A DNA stretch of 64,000 nt from Octopus vulgaris (taxonomy: Eukaryota). The stretch lies in assembly GCA_951406725.2 (NCBI GenBank), contig OX597818.1, positions 26,350,001 through 26,414,000 of the forward strand. The letters are read 5' to 3'. How positions within the stretch are numbered: the stretch's first letter is position 1; each line of letters starts with the position of its first letter. The notes under the pieces were generated by a model. The model was given only the letters and a program-made list of their open reading frames with translations, did not search any database and was not told the origin of the DNA. Positions 52,587-64,000 of this stretch are shown one piece after another. Both the position numbers and the translations under genes were made by a program.

Positions 52587-52587
<1 letters not shown>
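51735..52587. repeat. Tandem array, ~388-bp unit, 2.2 copies, ending in (GATA)n
   Basis: agccaatttctataag at 51735, 52122 and 52511. Confidence 0.92.
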
Positions 52588-52647
<60 letters not shown>

Positions 52648-53838
52648 TTAGATAGATAGATAGAATGGTGGACTGGCCAGGTTGCCAGCTTTGCCTGATG
52701 GCAAGTAGGCCCCTGCACCATTAAAAGCCATATATGGGGGCCCCATGTCAGTATCTAAGGGGCCCATCCCTTCAAGTTTGAGAATTTTTTATTCACTTCT
52801 GGAAGAATGTATTATTTCAGCTTGGCTGTGTTTGTCGACAGATGAAAAGAATAATTTTAACAAAAAAAAAAAACAAAAAAAAAAAACCTGATAGCATTGT
52901 AGTTGCAGGTGGGCCCCCTTAGTCTCCTGGAAGCCAATATTTTTAGACCCAGTCCACAACTGGATAGATACATACAGACATACATACATATCATCATCAT
53001 CGTCAACTTATCATCATCATCATAGTTTCCATGGGTTAGGTGAATTTTACTAAAGGCAGAGTCTCCATGGCTGGATGCTCTTCCTGTTACCAACCCTTCT
53101 TTGTTTCCCAACTAAAGTAATTTTTCATTTCACCAGTCCTCACATATCTGCTGAAGCATGAAGAATGTAATCCACAGATAAAGTAAACAATGTTACCATC
53201 TTTTGCTTTGATGGTGCTAATCATAATACAATGCTCCTCTCACTACCACTTCCCTCATTCCCTCATATATACACACATATATATATTATTGTGTGTATGT
53301 GTGTGCATATGCATATGGATACAATGGACTTCTTTGTTGTCTCCACCAACCAGTTTTGTTCACAAGGCTATAGTAGAGGACAACCTCCTACAGTGTCAAG
53401 CAATAGGGGTGAACCTGAAACTATGTGGTTGCAAATTTTGTAACTATACTGTGTACATACATACATACAAACATACATACATACATACATACATACATAC
53501 ATACATACATACATACATGCATATGTACATACATACATACATACATACATGCATATGTACATACATACATACATACATACATACATAACTACTTACATAC
53601 ATTCACACATACATACATACTTACATTCATACATGCATACATACATAAATACATACTTACATACATACATACATTCATACATACATGCATAAATAATACT
53701 TACATACATTCATACATACATGCATAAATAATACTTACATACATTCATACATGCATACATACTTACATACATTCATACATACATACATATTACATACATA
53801 CATACATACATCCATGCATACATACATACATACATACA

Positions 53839-53874
<36 letters not shown>

Positions 53875-53879
53875 TCAAG

Positions 53880-54370
53880 GATGTGCTCCAAGCAAAGTTA
53901 GACAATGTGATACGTGCCTGACTGTTCAATAGCACCATCCTACTTTTGCTCTTATATGCAAGTAAGACATGGGCTACTATGAAAAAGGATAGAACATCAA
54001 TTGGCTACGATGCAAAGGACCATGGAAAGAGCCATGCTAAGAATATCATTGATAGAGCATAGTCTAAATGAGATAATTTGAGAACTGAGTAGAGTGAATG
54101 ATGTAATCACAGAGTGCTGAAAGCAGAAGTTCCGCTGGGCCAAACATATTGCAAAGTTCACAGGCAACAGATGAAGCTGTTCAGTTGCATAGTGGTAACC
54201 AAGATATCAGAAAACGCCACTTGGAAGGCCTCCATGATTATGAGAAGACGATTTAGGCAAGAAATTTGGGTCAAGATGGTAAAGAAAGGCAGAATGAAGA
54301 CAGAATCGGAAGAGCATTGTGACCAGCAGTGTATGACATCATCTGATGGTCCGGTTGATACTGTGATAGC
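53880..54370 (+). mobile_element. Old RTE-like fragment
   Basis: LFNSTI..LYASKTW and RWAKHIA-like motifs. Confidence 0.5.
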
Positions 54371-54397
54371 GTCATAGTCTGATAAATATTTATATTC

Positions 54398-54470
<73 letters not shown>

Positions 54471-54650
54471 CATGCATGCATGCATACATATACATCTATA
54501 TATATGTGGATATATCTCACACACACACACGAATCAATAAGTTGGCCACACTTCCTATTCTTTTTATTTCCATTCATTCCTTCTCTTACTATTACTTTCT
54601 ACTTTACACTCCTTTTTCTTCTATCTTTCAATAATTTTCTCTCACTTTTT

Positions 54651-54832
<182 letters not shown>

Positions 54833-56192
54833 AATTTCTTTTCTGAAAACTTTTCACACTTTCTGCTCTTCATTTTCATTTAATTCTCCCACTTACATTT
54901 ATATCTCCCTTAAGCTCTTTCTCTCTGTTTCATTCTCTCTGTCTTTGTTATTCTCCCATTTACTCTCTCTTTCTCTCTCTCTAAACCTTAGACTGTCATT
55001 ATGCAAATGACTTATCCCCTGCTCCTACTTCTACATTCAAACTATTCCACTTCCAGTTGTTAATCTCTACCCAGAGGCTCTCATCCCCTCTACCAACCCA
55101 CCACAATTTGTTCAGTTAGGAGAGCCTTTCAACTTACAATATGACAAAGGAATGCTTATCAAAAGTCACAGCACTCCTACAAAAGTTGTTTTCAATATGG
55201 GATATATAGACATACATACACATCCTACAGACAATAGAAATATTTTTCAGGATATGTAAGAAAAAGTACAACCAAAAAAAAAAAAAAGACAAAAAAATTC
55301 GCGAAAATAAACATTTTAATCAGAAAACGATCTAGATTTTTTGCCTTGTATAAAGTTTAAACAAGACAAATTTTTTTTTAAATGAATAAACTTAGGGATA
55401 TGTGTACCACACACACATATAAGCATGTGTGTGTGTGTGTGTGTATGTAAGTGTATAAAAATGTTTTACATACAGATATATAATTTTTTATATGGGCACA
55501 ATGTTAAAATTTGAGTTGGATGAGTCAGTTAAATCTACCCCAATACTTGACTGGGGTATTTTATTTAACTGTTCCAGAAGGATGAAAGACGAAGGTGATC
55601 TTAGCAGAATTAGAAATTAGAACGTAATAGGTAACTAAATCGTGTTGTGATCCCCTTCGGTCATGAATGACTATGGGATAACACCTAGAAAGTTACCCTC
55701 CGAGGCACATGTCTGGGCAAGGTTGATTATGGAAGACCAGCAGTCACCCATGCATACCAGCTTCACCTCTCCACACCACTGATGTTATCCAAGGGAAAGG
55801 CAAAGGCTGATACAGCTTGGCACCAGTGATGTTGCAGCTCAATTATTAACATGCAAGTGGCTGAGCACTCCACTGACATGTGTACCCTTAACATAGTTTT
55901 TGGGGAGAATCAGTGTGACAAGACTGGCCCTTTGAAATACAGGTACAACAGAAACAGGAAGAAAGATTGAGAGAAAGTTGTGGTGAAAGGGTACAGCAAG
56001 GTTCAACACCAACCCTTGCCAGAGCCTCTTGGAGCTTTAGGTGTTTTCACTCAATAAACACTCACAATGCCTGGTCTGGGAATCGAAACCGTGATCCTAT
56101 GACCGCGAGTCCACTGCCCTAACCACTGGGCCATTGTGCCTCCATGGGTATCTAAATACGGCTTAACTAATTATGCCAATCCACCAGCCTTA

Positions 56193-56236
<44 letters not shown>

Positions 56237-56239
<3 letters not shown>

Positions 56240-56793
56240 GCCCTGATGCAGTACCAGGCAGTGGCTCTCATGGCTTCTGATCTTAACTGATTGGAAGTGT
56301 TATCATGTACATTGTTTTGTCTTGGTATAAAAGATGGGCTACAGCAAATATTCTGCTCAATACCACAGATTTGCTTGTCAGTTGTTTGACCTTAACCAGT
56401 TGAGCATGTCCCTTAGTGGCTGACGATATGTGCATCTCTGATCACGAGCAGAAGTAGTGGGGGAGCATCATAGCCATGTGTTGAGAGGGATTCTTTGGGG
56501 TTTGAATAATTCACCTCTGGAAACATGGGTGGTTCTTTCAACATCCTTAAACAACCCTTATTCAGGGACCTTTTGAGCGGGATGGGCTACTCAACCTGAA
56601 GAAAATTCTAACTGGGCCCTACCTGCAAGGTCATGTGCTGTTTATCTTGATATGAGATCACCATGTCGCGCACATATGGTTGTGATGCATGTGCCTGGTG
56701 TACCCTTATCAGACGGGTAGTCATGATGGGTATATTGGGCTTCGTATATTTTACCCCAGTGTCACTTTGATGGCATGAACTGCTCTCTCACTC
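56237..56793. mobile_element. ~557-bp non-coding insert in a (TAA)n tract
   Basis: GC-richer block with sharp boundaries, flanked on both sides by (aat)n. Confidence 0.55.
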
Positions 56794-56940
56794 AATAATA
56801 ATAATAATAATGGTTTCAAATTTTGCCACAAGGGCAGCAATTTTGAGGGAGGAGATGAGCTGATTACATTGACCCCAGTGTTCAACTGGTACTTATTTTA
56901 TCGACCCCAAAAGGATGAATGGTAAAGTTGACCTCGGTGA

Positions 56941-57000
<60 letters not shown>

Positions 57001-57014
57001 TGATAATAATAATA

Positions 57015-57270
57015 AGGTTATCCCTATAGTCATCGGAGCATTGGATTCAATACCACCCAATTTGAAAAAAAAAAACCATCTAAAAACCTTAGAAATACCC
57101 TACATTCTAGATGTATTGCAAAAGTCAGCATTACTTGGAACTGCATGCATATTGCATAATGTACTGTCTGTCTGAGGTCCTTGTTGTACTTGACAAACAG
57201 TATAAACCCTTGGCAGACACTATATTTTCAATCAACAACCTCACAATATTGTATGCTGTGTGACATTTAT
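57015..57270 (+). mobile_element. R4/Dong 3' end inserted in (TAA)n
   Basis: KVIPIVIGALDSIP..LQKSALLGTACILHNVL*, with TAA repeats on both sides. Confidence 0.8.
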
Positions 57271-57342
57271 AATAATAATAATAATAATAATCATCATCAT
57301 CATCATCATCATTTAGCGTCCGTTTTTCATGCTAGCATGGGT

Positions 57343-57399
<57 letters not shown>

Positions 57400-57879
57400 C
57401 CTTTCTACTATAGGCACAAAGCCTGGAATTTGTGGACAAGGGGATAGTTGATTACATTGGTCCCTGTGCTCAACAGGTATTTATTTTATTGATCCCAAAA
57501 GGATGAAAGGCAAAGTCAACAATAATTTATGAAGATTGATACAACTCTTAAGGAAAGTAAACTCACAATTAGAAGGGGATGATGTGATTTGTAGCAAAAC
57601 ACAGATTGACATTATTTATGGATCTGAACAATATTTGAACAGTTCGTCTATCTTCTTCATTTTCAAAATGAAACAAGACTAATGGAAAATGAAAAAATAA
57701 ATTTCAACTGGACTATCCTGTGTTCCTTCCTAGATAAAAAAAGACGTCATCAATTTTTGCTTGTTCGTAACTGGTTAAAACAAGGAGTAAAAGAGAATAA
57801 AGAAAATAGTAAAAGAAAAACAAAAAAAGGAAGAGAATACTTAGACAAAAAGTTTTTAATATATCTAATGAAACTCTCC

Positions 57880-58950
57880 TGTCATTTTATTCATCTCTCA
57901 AGGGTGAGACATTAGTAATTCACAAATATATTTATCCTCATGAATTTTGAAAAGTGAGACTTCAGTGGAGTCAGAATATTTTCTGAGAATGCATACTTTC
58001 AGGTGTTTGTCAGAGTTACAATTGTTTGATGTGAAATATTCAGCAAGTTCCGACATCATACCTATGCCCACTAAATTTTTTGTTTAATTTTTCTCTTGCA
58101 TAATCAACATAAATCCAGTTGTGTTTGGTGCATTCAGCTGCACACACTAAATGGGAATTATTACAGGTCCCATCTCCTGTATAATTCATAACATTTCTCT
58201 TAGAATTTGTGATGAGGATGACCTGACTCATGCTGTTGTATAATGAAAAGGGGCTTAACTCTTTTGTGACTGCTTTTAGGGGCACAGCACTCAGAAAATC
58301 TAATGAGGTTTTAATTATGACTAGAGGTACTAGTTAGTATTTATTTTGTATTTTTCCTACATCTAAAGGCTACAATAGATGGATAAGTAAGTATTTCTTT
58401 GAAATGAGGATATGTGAAATATGTTGATAACTGTCATGCAACACTTTCGAAACACCAGTAAAATTTCAGCGTCAGTTATTAACTAAAGGATTTCAGTCAG
58501 AAATTTTACTTTGACTGGTATAATTAGGTATGAAAGTTTGACTGTCATGGTTAATTCTAGCTATGTCATTTGTGAATTCCTTCAGTTGTGGTTCACTATA
58601 AATGCATTTCATATAATGGCACTCAACATCATTTGCATGTTTTCAATAATTTCCTATGTCAGTACAAATCTATTTTATTTTCAAAAGCTGAGACTTAGGA
58701 TTTGACTTAATTGTATGGTGTGGACAATTGAAGTGGCAGTGGATTTGCAAAATAACTCTGTCAGGCACAAAAACTTAACTTTTGGGTCCACGATGTAGAT
58801 GCTAGCTTTTGAAAAACTGGATGAGAATTTTATGCTGGATGATTAACTCTAACAAAGGCTTTTGATTAGTTCAAATTGATCAGAATTCTACCATGTTGAA
58901 CTTGTAACCCTGTCTATGATGTATTGCATGAGGTGGAGGTTGCCACAGGT
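57880..58950 (-). mobile_element. Penelope-like element relic (RT thumb + GIY-YIG endonuclease)
   Basis: Across frames: HP.IKFSSSFS, TELFCKST, SQILSL..ICTD, then GTCNNSHLVCAAECTKHNWIYV..EKLNKKFSGHRYDV and E.KYICELLMSHP.EMN. Confidence 0.7.
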
Positions 58951-59039
58951 AGATTTACTTAAGATTGTGCAGGTTGGCACTTGTGGAGGTTGCCACAGGT
59001 AGATTTACTTAAGATTGTGCAGGTTGGCACTTAATTCAC

Positions 59040-60390
59040 TAATCTATCAGCAACAATCACTTACCTCTTTGCTAACACCTTGGTCAAAATTTTAAACTCT
59101 GCATTCAGAAACTATCAATAATATACCCATAGTTCAAGTACTTCTTCAACAGAACTACTATTCAATGGTTCAGTTAATTAGAAATTCTCCTGTTCTGCTA
59201 CCAATTGCAGCAGATATCTGTCAAGAGATAGAAAACAAATTGAGCATATATTCATAAATTTCATTAGAAAGACCATCTAAACCAGGCAATTTACCCCTTG
59301 TGCAGCCACTTGCTGCCATTTGCATCCTAGTTGCTGTTACAGAATTCCACATCTTCTTTGAAGGCTACAAAAGGCTATCAAAGTCGGTAGTAAAGTCCAC
59401 TACTAACTCCAGTCCACTACTAACTCCAGTCCACGATTCACCTTGAACAGTTGAACAAGGTGTCACTGGAAAGCCATATAAAGCTTTTTGGAATCAAATA
59501 TTACACACCAATTCAAGTCCATTAAAGACTGGATTGTAGCTTTGTTGCAACGTCACACCCCTTTCACCCAGCATTCATTCATTCCTTCATGGCTAAAAGT
59601 ATGCACCTTAACTCTGACAATACAAACTTTCTGTTTACTGCTGAATAAATGGTTGAGTGCCATTCTGATAACTAGCACATTGGTTATATCTTTCCTCCCC
59701 AAATTTGTTCGCTATTCCCCACCCTAAACTATTTTTCTCTATTGCTTCTTCTTTACTAAACTTTACTAATCTAGCATTTGAGGCCCTGTCTAGGAGTTTT
59801 GTCTTGGTTTATCATGCAAACCACAAACCTGTGATCTGTGTAGCCATCCACTTTAAGTTGTACACACCCTGCACTATCCCTATGTGCCAACCTAACCTAT
59901 CTAGATATGATTTGGATGACCCGATGTAATTGCTCCTGGGCACCATCTGAAAAATCTAGTCAGACCCTCTCCTATCAGCTAACCATATACAATCCTTGTA
60001 TGCATCTAAAATGCCATTCCAGTTTCTCACTAAAGAGCAGGACATTCTCAGAAAAGCTTTCAGACATCTGAAGAAGTTTGGTAGTCCTGTTCCTATTATC
60101 TTTGCAGCAGTTTGTGTCCAGCACTATTAACTTACTTTCCAAGCCTAAGAGGCTCATCCACCCCTTGAAATCCAAACTTTACTGAAACAACACTACCACT
60201 CCACCTTCTGATCCTGGCTAAAAGATGCACACACTTTGTAGTTATTGAAGTTGGGTGCAAATGCATTCATCTCAGAAATCTTGATCTTTTTGATGTCTAT
60301 TATATCTATCTAGTGATTTGAGATCATTAAACAAATGACATTTCCTCTAAGCTGAACCAAGACCACTTACATTTATGCATCCTTCTGTGA
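59040..60390 (-). mobile_element. Decayed L1/Tx1-like LINE (APE to RT start)
   Basis: INVSGL, GGVVVL, GKLPGLDGL and KILTKVLAKR motifs. Confidence 0.6.
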
Positions 60391-63300
60391 GTATTGTCAT
60401 ATTGGCCAGGAAAAAGAAAGTGAAAGAGGTCATTTGGAAAGGTCTTGTTGAAGGATGCTTAATCACATATTCATTGTGAATCATGGTCTTTTTAATTTTA
60501 TGTTCTGGCAAAACATCAAAATATCCTATGTGTCCTTTAGATGTCTGATGATGTTTTCAATAGCAGTCTGTTGGTGTTTTCTGCTTAAGTTTTTGTTTGT
60601 TTCTTTTGTGATATGTATTCCATCATCTCAAAATTGTTTCTGTATAAGGCGGTGAGCTGGCAGAATCGTTAGCACACCAGGAAAAATGCTTAGAGGTATT
60701 TTGTCTGTCACTATATTCTGAGTTCAAATTCCACTGAGGCTGACTTTATCTTTCATCCTTTCAGGGTCCTCCTCCCCTCCCCTCCTCCCTCCTCCCCGTC
60801 GTTGTCGTCGTCGTCATCATCATCATCATCATAACCAACATTGCTTCTTAGCCCCTCCTCATCATCCACACCTTCCAGCAACTGCTGGTTATGCTTTATT
60901 GCCAAATAACAACTCTCTTCTTATATATACTTCCACTACCTTAAATAAAATGCCATTCTTATCAGAAGGGAAAGAAAAATAAACATGAACTGCTGTTTCC
61001 AACAGAGGCAGTAGATCTTGAAATGTATTCCATCTCTTCTAATCCTAAACCACTATTAGACAGATTGACATATTCTTTTCCAGTAATAGTTATGTCATCT
61101 AGATGGTAGAATGTAAGTTTTCTTGGATGCTTCAGGAGTATCTTACCATTTGATATTAACCTCTAATCCTTTATTGCTTGTTGTTTTTGTTGTTGGTACA
61201 ACTGTGCTTGACAAACCTAGTTAGTAAGAGAGTAATTAATTAAACAAGGCATTTTAACCTGTATCCCAGCCATAGCTATCATCATCGACCATAAGATATT
61301 TAAATTACATATCAGGTCTCTCTATCACTGGCAGTCCAATGCCAGCCCCCTTGCATCCTCCATGGTAACGTTCATGCTCCGAAGATCTTTCCCAATCACA
61401 TCCAGCTATCTGGTGTGGGGCCTGCCAAGAGGCCTCTTCTAGCCTGAAGCTACTGTGTTGGATTAGAATTATTGAGAACATCAGATGGTACCACCATGTT
61501 TCCAACAAAGAAATTCACGTGTGCAGCCTATCACCTCAGATATGCACTGGTATAAACATCATCCTACTATTTTTTTTTATACAATTCCTAATAATATTTA
61601 AGATAATATGATTTTTAAAACATTGAATGGCTCAAAGGGTCCATCAGGGTGAAATAGGAATCAAAGAGGTCTACAGGTGAAAAATGGTTGAGAACCACTG
61701 TTCTAGAGGATTATAAAATGTCAGTTTTGTAAAATAATCGACTTGACATTAGAAATCTAATCCCTACAACCATTCTTTAAAATTATTTTTAGAGTCAAAT
61801 GATAGAGTTGGTAGTGGTGGTGGTGGTGGTGGTGAGGAGGAGGAGGGGGAAGGGGTGGCACCTATATACTGTGTAGGTCCTTCCAGTCTGGGGAAATCTT
61901 GAAGCTCTTTTGATTGATGCACATAAGGGGAGATGGAAAGCAAAGAGAGAATTTGAAAAGACTGTAGTCGTAGGAGAAGAATTGAATGAGAAGAATTGAG
62001 TGCCAGGTTTAGGAGAGGATATTGAGGCACAGCACAGTGGGGATAACAATAGAAAGTATGGAAGGATTATGAGTGGAAGTGGAATGCAACTCTCTCATTC
62101 AGAGAAGAAGATGCTGTTTCAGAAAAGGCACAGAAGAAACAGCACATTTGTAGACTAGTAGGTGTAGAATGTTGGTAAGTAAATGTTTGCTAATCAGCTG
62201 GATGGTTGTTTTAGGATGTTAATGTGTATGTGGCAACAACATTGTTCTGTGTAACTGAGCAGTAAAAAAACTAGTCTAAATGTCTTGTCCTTGACCTATT
62301 TTGGCATTTTATAGTTGATTACATGTCTTATCATTACACCAAAAAAAAAAGACAAAATGAGGGGGACATTATGTTGATGGTTTATTTCCTCTCATGTGTT
62401 TAGTATTATGAACCTATATGATTATGGAGATTATAAATATCAATAAATACCACCAGACACATTTACATTAAATATTAAAAAATAATTTCAGTGAAGCTCC
62501 ATAGATATTGCTTAAGGATAATTCTGCATGGAACTGAATAAGAAAAATTAAAAAGTGAAGGAGCAAAAATTAGTTTGTCAAATAGTTAATTGTATCAAGA
62601 GCTATATTGAAAATTAGTTTTCTTTTAATTTATTTTCCCCAGTGTTCTATCAGACAATCAATCAAATAAACAACTGATGATGCAGTTACTCAGTCAATCA
62701 CTCAATGATTGTTTTGCAAGCACTGAACATTTTAAAATTTTTTATCAAAATTAAAGGAAGAATATAAAGATATCAGACAGAAGTATTTTGACAAACTAGA
62801 CAATGGCAATCATCTGCTGCCACCAAGAGGAAATTATTATTGATTTCTTTTGTAAACAGAAGGGTTTCAGAACCTTTTAGGTGATGTAGTAATGTTTGAA
62901 TTTTTTTGTTGTTACTGCTTAGCTCCAGGTTAACTTTGTTGAAGTAAACCTATGAGTTGGGGAGTTCTGACTTTATCTAATTTTCAGGTAAAATGCATCT
63001 AAGAATGAATTGCTTTATGGATCCTTCCTTTTGTAAGATGGCAGGGTGTGAATTGTGGGAGATTTAGTTGCTATTCATTGGAGGTTGAGGTTTTTGGGTC
63101 ATTGTACCCTTTTTTAGAGACATTTATATTACAAGACAGATGAAATAGGATTACAGCATAGTAACAACAATCCAGCAAGATAATGGATCTAAAAAACATA
63201 TCAAGAAATATCAAAGGTGATTTTTTTTTCTTTTACTTGTTTCAGTCATGGGACTGCATCCATACTGGGACACTGCCTTGAAAGGTTCTGTCAAACAAAA

Positions 63301-63794
63301 CAGATCAGTATTTATCTTTTATGTCTGGTACTTATTTTATCTATTTCTTTCACCAAACTACTAAGTTACAGGGACATAAACAAACCAAAACTGGTTGTCA
63401 AGGCACACTCACACACACATGTATATACATTATTCTTTTCTACTCTAGACACAGAGTGGTTGAGTTCCTTCCTCAACCTTGCACCACGCATTGTAATCCA
63501 TGAGATTATAACTAGGGGAATTAGGAGGTCAAAAATTGGGGCTGGTGAAGTTGTAGAAATTCTTCATCAACCTGTTTTAAACCTTTTCGGAGGAATGGCA
63601 AGAAACTGAATCTTGTTGCCTCACATATAGCCTGCCAGCAGTAACCTTCTCCTGTTAGGGTTTGATTACAGTCTCCAACAGCTTCACACGACGTCTGAAG
63701 TAAGCCTAAGACCTTGTCCAAAAATTTAGGGTATCATGACATCCTCAGAATGTCTGCAGTGTTTCTTCCTGATGGGCATGGAGACTCTTATCTA

Positions 63795-63925
63795 TCCACT
63801 CTGATGAAGGAGTCTCTGGATTTTACCAATGACTATTTGCTTCCATTACTGGCTGCAAATTTTTGATGAACTACATCTGCCAACATTATGAAGTAACTCC
63901 AAGCCCCCAGAAACAGCTGTCAGAC
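63795..63925 (+). ncRNA. Possible decayed hammerhead ribozyme
   Basis: CTGATGA at 63801 ... GAAA cagctg TC at 63910-21; stem I has only 2 bp. Confidence 0.35.
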
Positions 63926-64000
63926 TTGTAATGCCATACCTTGTCCCCTCTAATTCTTTGAGTCTATGTAATCTGAGTAAGTTTACTCTATTGCAATATC

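Noticed and set aside
50762-52587. CRISPR-like array
   Set aside because: Units are whole tandem repeats without unique spacers; eukaryotic context with no cas genes.
58933-59032. 50-bp tandem duplication (also a 20-bp x3 repeat at ~28057-28110)
   Set aside because: Real, but ordinary local slippage duplications.
63450-63790. Gypsy integrase-like remnant on the minus strand
   Set aside because: Only vague motif similarity across frames.

Overview
This is AT-rich, microsatellite-dense eukaryotic DNA. The SINE and RTE repeat families look like octopus (cephalopod) repeats, which is an inference from repeat content. There is one convincing protein-coding gene: an intronless RING plus TRAF-type zinc-finger E3-ligase-like ORF at 874-2034 (-). 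The rest is mostly decayed mobile elements: tRNA-derived SINEs, three RTE LINEs with a PHD finger inside the RT, L1/Tx1, CR1, R4/Dong, a CRE-clade relic, a Penelope-like (PLE) relic, a full-length mariner, several MITEs and tandem arrays. The most notable signal is a set of type I hammerhead ribozyme (HHR) motifs with PLE-style palindromic stem III. Four lie in three different inserts stacked in one (TA)n tract at 4.8-6.3 kb, two of them in a near-perfect ~940-bp palindrome. One more sits in a tRNA-headed SINE that has an inverted head duplication (15.35-15.64 kb), and decayed copies occur at ~57.6 and ~63.8 kb. All calls were made by eye; no database search or RNA folding was run.
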